A DNA stretch of 50,340 bases from an uncultured bacterium. Lineage in GTDB: Bacteria > Patescibacteriota > Minisyncoccia > Phycocordibacterales > GWA1-40-21. The DNA lies in assembly GCA_963840885.1 (NCBI GenBank), contig CAWJAN010000003.1:1-50340 (forward strand), in the 5' to 3' direction. The notes below the pieces were generated by a model that saw only the letters and a program-made list of their open reading frames with translations, had not been told where the DNA came from and did no database searches. The position numbers and the translations under genes were made by a program. Of the stretch, positions 47,289-50,340 are shown in pieces (positions within the stretch are counted from its first letter, which is position 1; every line of letters starts with the position of its first letter).

Positions 47289-48704
47289 ATGAAAATAAAG
47301 AACGTACATTTTTTCGGAATTAAAGGGGTCGGTATGACGCCTTTGGCGATTATCGCAAAAGAGGCAGGGTTTCATGTGACCGGTTGTGATATAAAAGATG
47401 AATTCATAACGGATGCCGCTTTGCGGGAGGTCGGGATTAATCCTGCTGAAGGATTTTCTCCTAAGCACGTTGAAGATATAGATTTGCTTATCGCCACTGG
47501 CGCGCATAAGGGATTTGAAAACCCGGAGGTTCAGGCAGCTGTCGAAAAGAATATCCCGTTCTTTATGCAAGGTGAAGCCGTTGGGGCATTTATGGAGGGG
47601 AAAATCTTTAATAGGAAGCTAAAAGGGATATCGGTCGCGGGATGTCACGGAAAAACCACGACGACTGCTATGCTGGCAACAATCTTTTCTGAGGCAGGGC
47701 TTGATCCTTCATATATTGTAGGGACAAGTGATATGCGGCCATTGGGATTGCCGGGACATTACGGGAAAGGTGAATATTTCATCGCAGAAGCGGATGAGTA
47801 CGCGACTGAACCGAACGAATTAAAAACTCCGAAATTCCTTTGGCAGTATCCGAAATACGCAATTATTACAAATGTAGAATTTGACCATCCGGATGTCTAT
47901 GGATCCATCGAAGAAGTACGAGATGCGTATCTCTTTTTCGCAGCGAATGTCGGAAAGGATGGGGCACTTATCGTAAATGGCGATGATGACGAGACGACGA
48001 AAGCATTAGAAGGGTATAAGCGGAAGAGAATCAGTTTCGGTAAGAAGCCCGATAATGATTATGTTTTACAGAAGGTTTCTGTGTCTGACGGTCAGACGAT
48101 CTTTTTCGCGGCGTCACGATACAAAGATTTGGGGAAGTTTGTCCTAAATGTATTTGGAGAACACAATGCCCTTAATGCGCTTGCCGCAGCGATTGTTGCG
48201 CTCGAAGCAGACGTTCCGATTGATGACATTAAAAAAGGACTTTTTCTGTTTGGCGGGACGAGGCGTCGCATGGAATTTGTCGGAAAAACGCCCCATGGCG
48301 CAGTTATCTATGATGACTATGCACATCATCCTACGGAAATCCGGAAAACACTCTCCGGTCTTAAGAATCAGTTTCCTGATAAGAAAATTCTTACGATTTT
48401 TCAGCCTCATACCTATTCACGAACAAAATTATTGTTTGATCAATTTTCTACTGCATTTGAAGATATTGACGAAGCAATAGTAACTGAAATCTTTCCATCT
48501 GCTCGTGAGGAATTTGATGGATCGGTATCTTCGAATGGCTTAGTTGAAGCTATGAATACACACAAAAATAATGCTCATTTTTTGAGAAGTTTTGATGATG
48601 TGATACAATACCTCAGTGAAAAAAAGCCCGGTCCCAACTGGATAATCGTCACCATGGGCGCTGGCGATATATATAGAGTTGGAGATCGGCTATTAGAAGG
48701 GTGA
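47289..48704 (+). CDS. murC: UDP-N-acetylmuramate--L-alanine ligase
   Basis: VHFFGIKGVGMTPLA, VAGCHGKTTTTAM, NVEFDHPD, DDYAHHPTEI. Intact 471 aa. Confidence 0.9.
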   Translation: MKIKNVHFFGIKGVGMTPLAIIAKEAGFHVTGCDIKDEFITDAALREVGINPAEGFSPKHVEDIDLLIATGAHKGFENPEVQAAVEKNIPFFMQGEAVGAFMEGKIFNRKLKGISVAGCHGKTTTTAMLATIFSEAGLDPSYIVGTSDMRPLGLPGHYGKGEYFIAEADEYATEPNELKTPKFLWQYPKYAIITNVEFDHPDVYGSIEEVRDAYLFFAANVGKDGALIVNGDDDETTKALEGYKRKRISFGKKPDNDYVLQKVSVSDGQTIFFAASRYKDLGKFVLNVFGEHNALNALAAAIVALEADVPIDDIKKGLFLFGGTRRRMEFVGKTPHGAVIYDDYAHHPTEIRKTLSGLKNQFPDKKILTIFQPHTYSRTKLLFDQFSTAFEDIDEAIVTEIFPSAREEFDGSVSSNGLVEAMNTHKNNAHFLRSFDDVIQYLSEKKPGPNWIIVTMGAGDIYRVGDRLLEG

Positions 48705-48783
48705 AGGGTAAAGGGGGAAGCGTAAAGTGCAAGCTGCGGCTTTATTCTTAACGCTATACCCTTAACGCTAAACGCTTATTTTT
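48704..48783. repeat. intergenic spacer of 7-nt periodic repeats (AAGGGTA family) in inverted arrangement
   Basis: aagggta aaggggg aagcgta aagtgca, then taacgct ataccct taacgct aaacgct. It shares the 13-mer AGCGTTAAGGGTA (reverse orientation, 48757-48769) with 41152-41164. Confidence 0.85.
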
Positions 48784-50112
48784 ATGCAGAAATTTGAAAT
48801 AATTGGGGGAAATCCGTTAAAGGGTACAGTCAAAGTTTCTGGTTCTAAAAACGTGGCATTAAAATTACTCGTTGCGGCATGCTTAACAGATGAGCCGGTT
48901 GTTATTCATAACGTTCCTCTTATCGATGACGTGTATGTGATGGTCGATATTTTAAAGGATTTGGGTGTTTCGGTTACGTTGACAGACCATACATTGCATA
49001 TTCATGCAAAGCAATTTGGTTCTCATATTATTTCTCTCGAGAAAGCAGCAAAGGCGAGAACTTCTGTCATGTTCATGGTGCCACTGTTGTATAGAATGAA
49101 AGAGGCGATTATACCGAATCCGGGAGGTTGTAGACTTGGAGCCCGTCCCATAAATCGTATTGTTGAAGGACTTCAGCAGATGAATGCTGAGATTGAGTAT
49201 CGAAGTGAGGATGGATTTTTCCATGCGAAGACCGATGATCTCAAAGCTTCTCATTATACATTTCAAAAGAACACACATACGGGTACGGAGACACTTATTA
49301 TGGCCGCGTCGATTGCGGGAGGGAAAACCATACTAAAAAACGCCGCTGAAGAACCTGAAATAGATGACCTTATTGATTTCTTAAATGCGATGGGGGCACA
49401 AATTACACGTTCCGCAAAGCGGGAAATCACGATTTTTGGAAAAGAGCGATTGCATGGTACTGAATTTACCATTAGTCCTGACCGGAATGAAGTCGTAACA
49501 TTTGCTATCGCAGCGATCGTAACCAAGGGGAATGTGACCGTCGAGAACGTCCATAAAAATAGCCTGAAAGAGTTTCTCGAAATGCTGTCGAAAGCAAATG
49601 GGGGCTTTGAGGAAACAAAAAACGGAATGAGATTTTATTATAAAGACCTGCTTGTAGCCACAGATGTTGTTACTTCCATCTATCCCGGGTTTATGACGGA
49701 TTGGCAATCACCCTGGGCTGTTCTTATGACCCAAGCAGAAGGTGTTTCGACTATTCATGAAACAGTTTTTGAGAATAAATGCGGATACTACCTTGAATTA
49801 AAAAAAATGGGTGCCAAAATTACACCATTCAAGCCGCATGTAGAAGATCCCGAATCTTTCTATAATTTCAACCTGGATGACGATCAAAAAGGATTTGTAC
49901 ACGCGTTAAAAATTTACGGACCAACTGAGCTGCACAATGCTGTGGTAAACTCAATTGATATACGTGCGGGAGCGACCGTAGTCGTGGCTGCCTTGGCAGC
50001 CAAAGGAAAGTCGACGATATTCGGGATCGAAAAACTCGATCGCGGATACGAAAATTTTGAAATACGATTAAACGCATTAGGTGCAAATATACAACGAGTA
50101 AAAGAAGATTAA
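48784..50112 (+). CDS. murA: UDP-N-acetylglucosamine 1-carboxyvinyltransferase
   Basis: GGNPLKGTVKVSGSKNVALKLL, and the PNPGGCRLGARPINR active-site Cys loop. Intact 442 aa. Confidence 0.92.
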   Translation: MQKFEIIGGNPLKGTVKVSGSKNVALKLLVAACLTDEPVVIHNVPLIDDVYVMVDILKDLGVSVTLTDHTLHIHAKQFGSHIISLEKAAKARTSVMFMVPLLYRMKEAIIPNPGGCRLGARPINRIVEGLQQMNAEIEYRSEDGFFHAKTDDLKASHYTFQKNTHTGTETLIMAASIAGGKTILKNAAEEPEIDDLIDFLNAMGAQITRSAKREITIFGKERLHGTEFTISPDRNEVVTFAIAAIVTKGNVTVENVHKNSLKEFLEMLSKANGGFEETKNGMRFYYKDLLVATDVVTSIYPGFMTDWQSPWAVLMTQAEGVSTIHETVFENKCGYYLELKKMGAKITPFKPHVEDPESFYNFNLDDDQKGFVHALKIYGPTELHNAVVNSIDIRAGATVVVAALAAKGKSTIFGIEKLDRGYENFEIRLNALGANIQRVKED

Positions 50113-50117
50113 ACCAT

Positions 50118-50340
50118 ATGAAAAATATTGGAGCAATAATATTAGCGGCTGGGAAAGGCAAGAGAATGAGCTCGAAAGATGTGAATAAAGTTGTCTTACC
50201 AGTGGCAGGGAAGCCAATGATACTTCATACTGTTCAACTGCTCGATTATCTCGGAATTAGAACCGTAGTAATAGTAGTAGGTTTCGCTAAAAAATCTGTC
50301 ATGAACATTCTGGGCGAGCGAGTATTATTTGCGGAACAAA
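50118..50340 (+). CDS. nucleotidyltransferase, GlmU N-terminal-domain-like; 3' end outside window
   Basis: GAIILAAGKGKRMSSKDVNKVVLPVAGKPMI (G-x-G-x-R pyrophosphorylase motif). Confidence 0.7.
   Translation, partial: MKNIGAIILAAGKGKRMSSKDVNKVVLPVAGKPMILHTVQLLDYLGIRTVVIVVGFAKKSVMNILGERVLFAEQ

Noticed and set aside
1-50340. Alternative genetic code (UGA recoding, as in some CPR lineages) as the explanation for interrupted genes
   Set aside because: The interruptions are frame changes. Conserved motifs resume in a different frame rather than after an in-frame UGA. For example, reading the TGA near 118 as Gly gives GLERLKRTRGVHLL instead of the conserved IEANSLSTPVIGYDV. Many intact genes end in TGA.
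1-50340. Search for tRNA, rRNA, integrase, transposase or toxin-antitoxin genes that could explain the repeat richness
   Set aside because: I saw no T-loop/acceptor-type tRNA signature, rRNA segment or recombinase/transposase-like ORF. The only nuclease-like coding remnant is the GIY-YIG gene at 43387-43645.

Overview
AT-rich bacterial window. Gene content looks like a Patescibacteria/CPR (Microgenomates-type) genome, but that assignment is inference only. Nearly all genes are on the + strand. Positions 1-35065 form one long cell-envelope glycan island. It holds about 8 GT1/GT4 and 6 GT2 glycosyltransferases, a TviB-like nucleotide-sugar dehydrogenase, two SDR epimerases, two methyltransferases, a FemAB-like protein and a hexapeptide acetyltransferase. 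It also holds a GtrB/DPM1-like polyprenyl-phosphate glycosyltransferase, several GT-C-type membrane proteins (ArnT/PMT-like and a Wzy_C plus TMTC-like fusion), ManC, an initiating sugar transferase and a DUF4012 protein. Positions 35190-50340 carry housekeeping genes: recO, a T-box-controlled glyQS, an IMPase-family gene, and a rearranged dcw cluster (mraZ-rsmH-ftsL-ftsI ... murE-pgeF-murC-murA-glmU). No rRNA, tRNA, CRISPR array, integrase or transposase was seen. Two things stand out. (1) The intergenic DNA is packed with repeat families. One is a GIY-YIG gene remnant boxed by perfect 26-bp hairpin terminal inverted repeats, with two miniature derivatives. A second is a four-helix-bundle (Avd/23S-IVS family) gene bracketed by inverted heptamer arrays. 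There are also five octamer-periodic CATTG/CAATG palindromic elements upstream of envelope genes, a double-hairpin REP-like family with compensatory stem changes, and spacers built from 7-nt periodic degenerate repeats. The heptamer tracts also occur in frame inside coding sequences. (2) By manual reading there are roughly 30-40 reading-frame breaks, mostly at short homopolymers and including essential genes (ftsI, murE, rsmH). This most likely reflects indel errors in the assembly rather than real pseudogenes. For that reason I annotate merged genes and say where the frame breaks.
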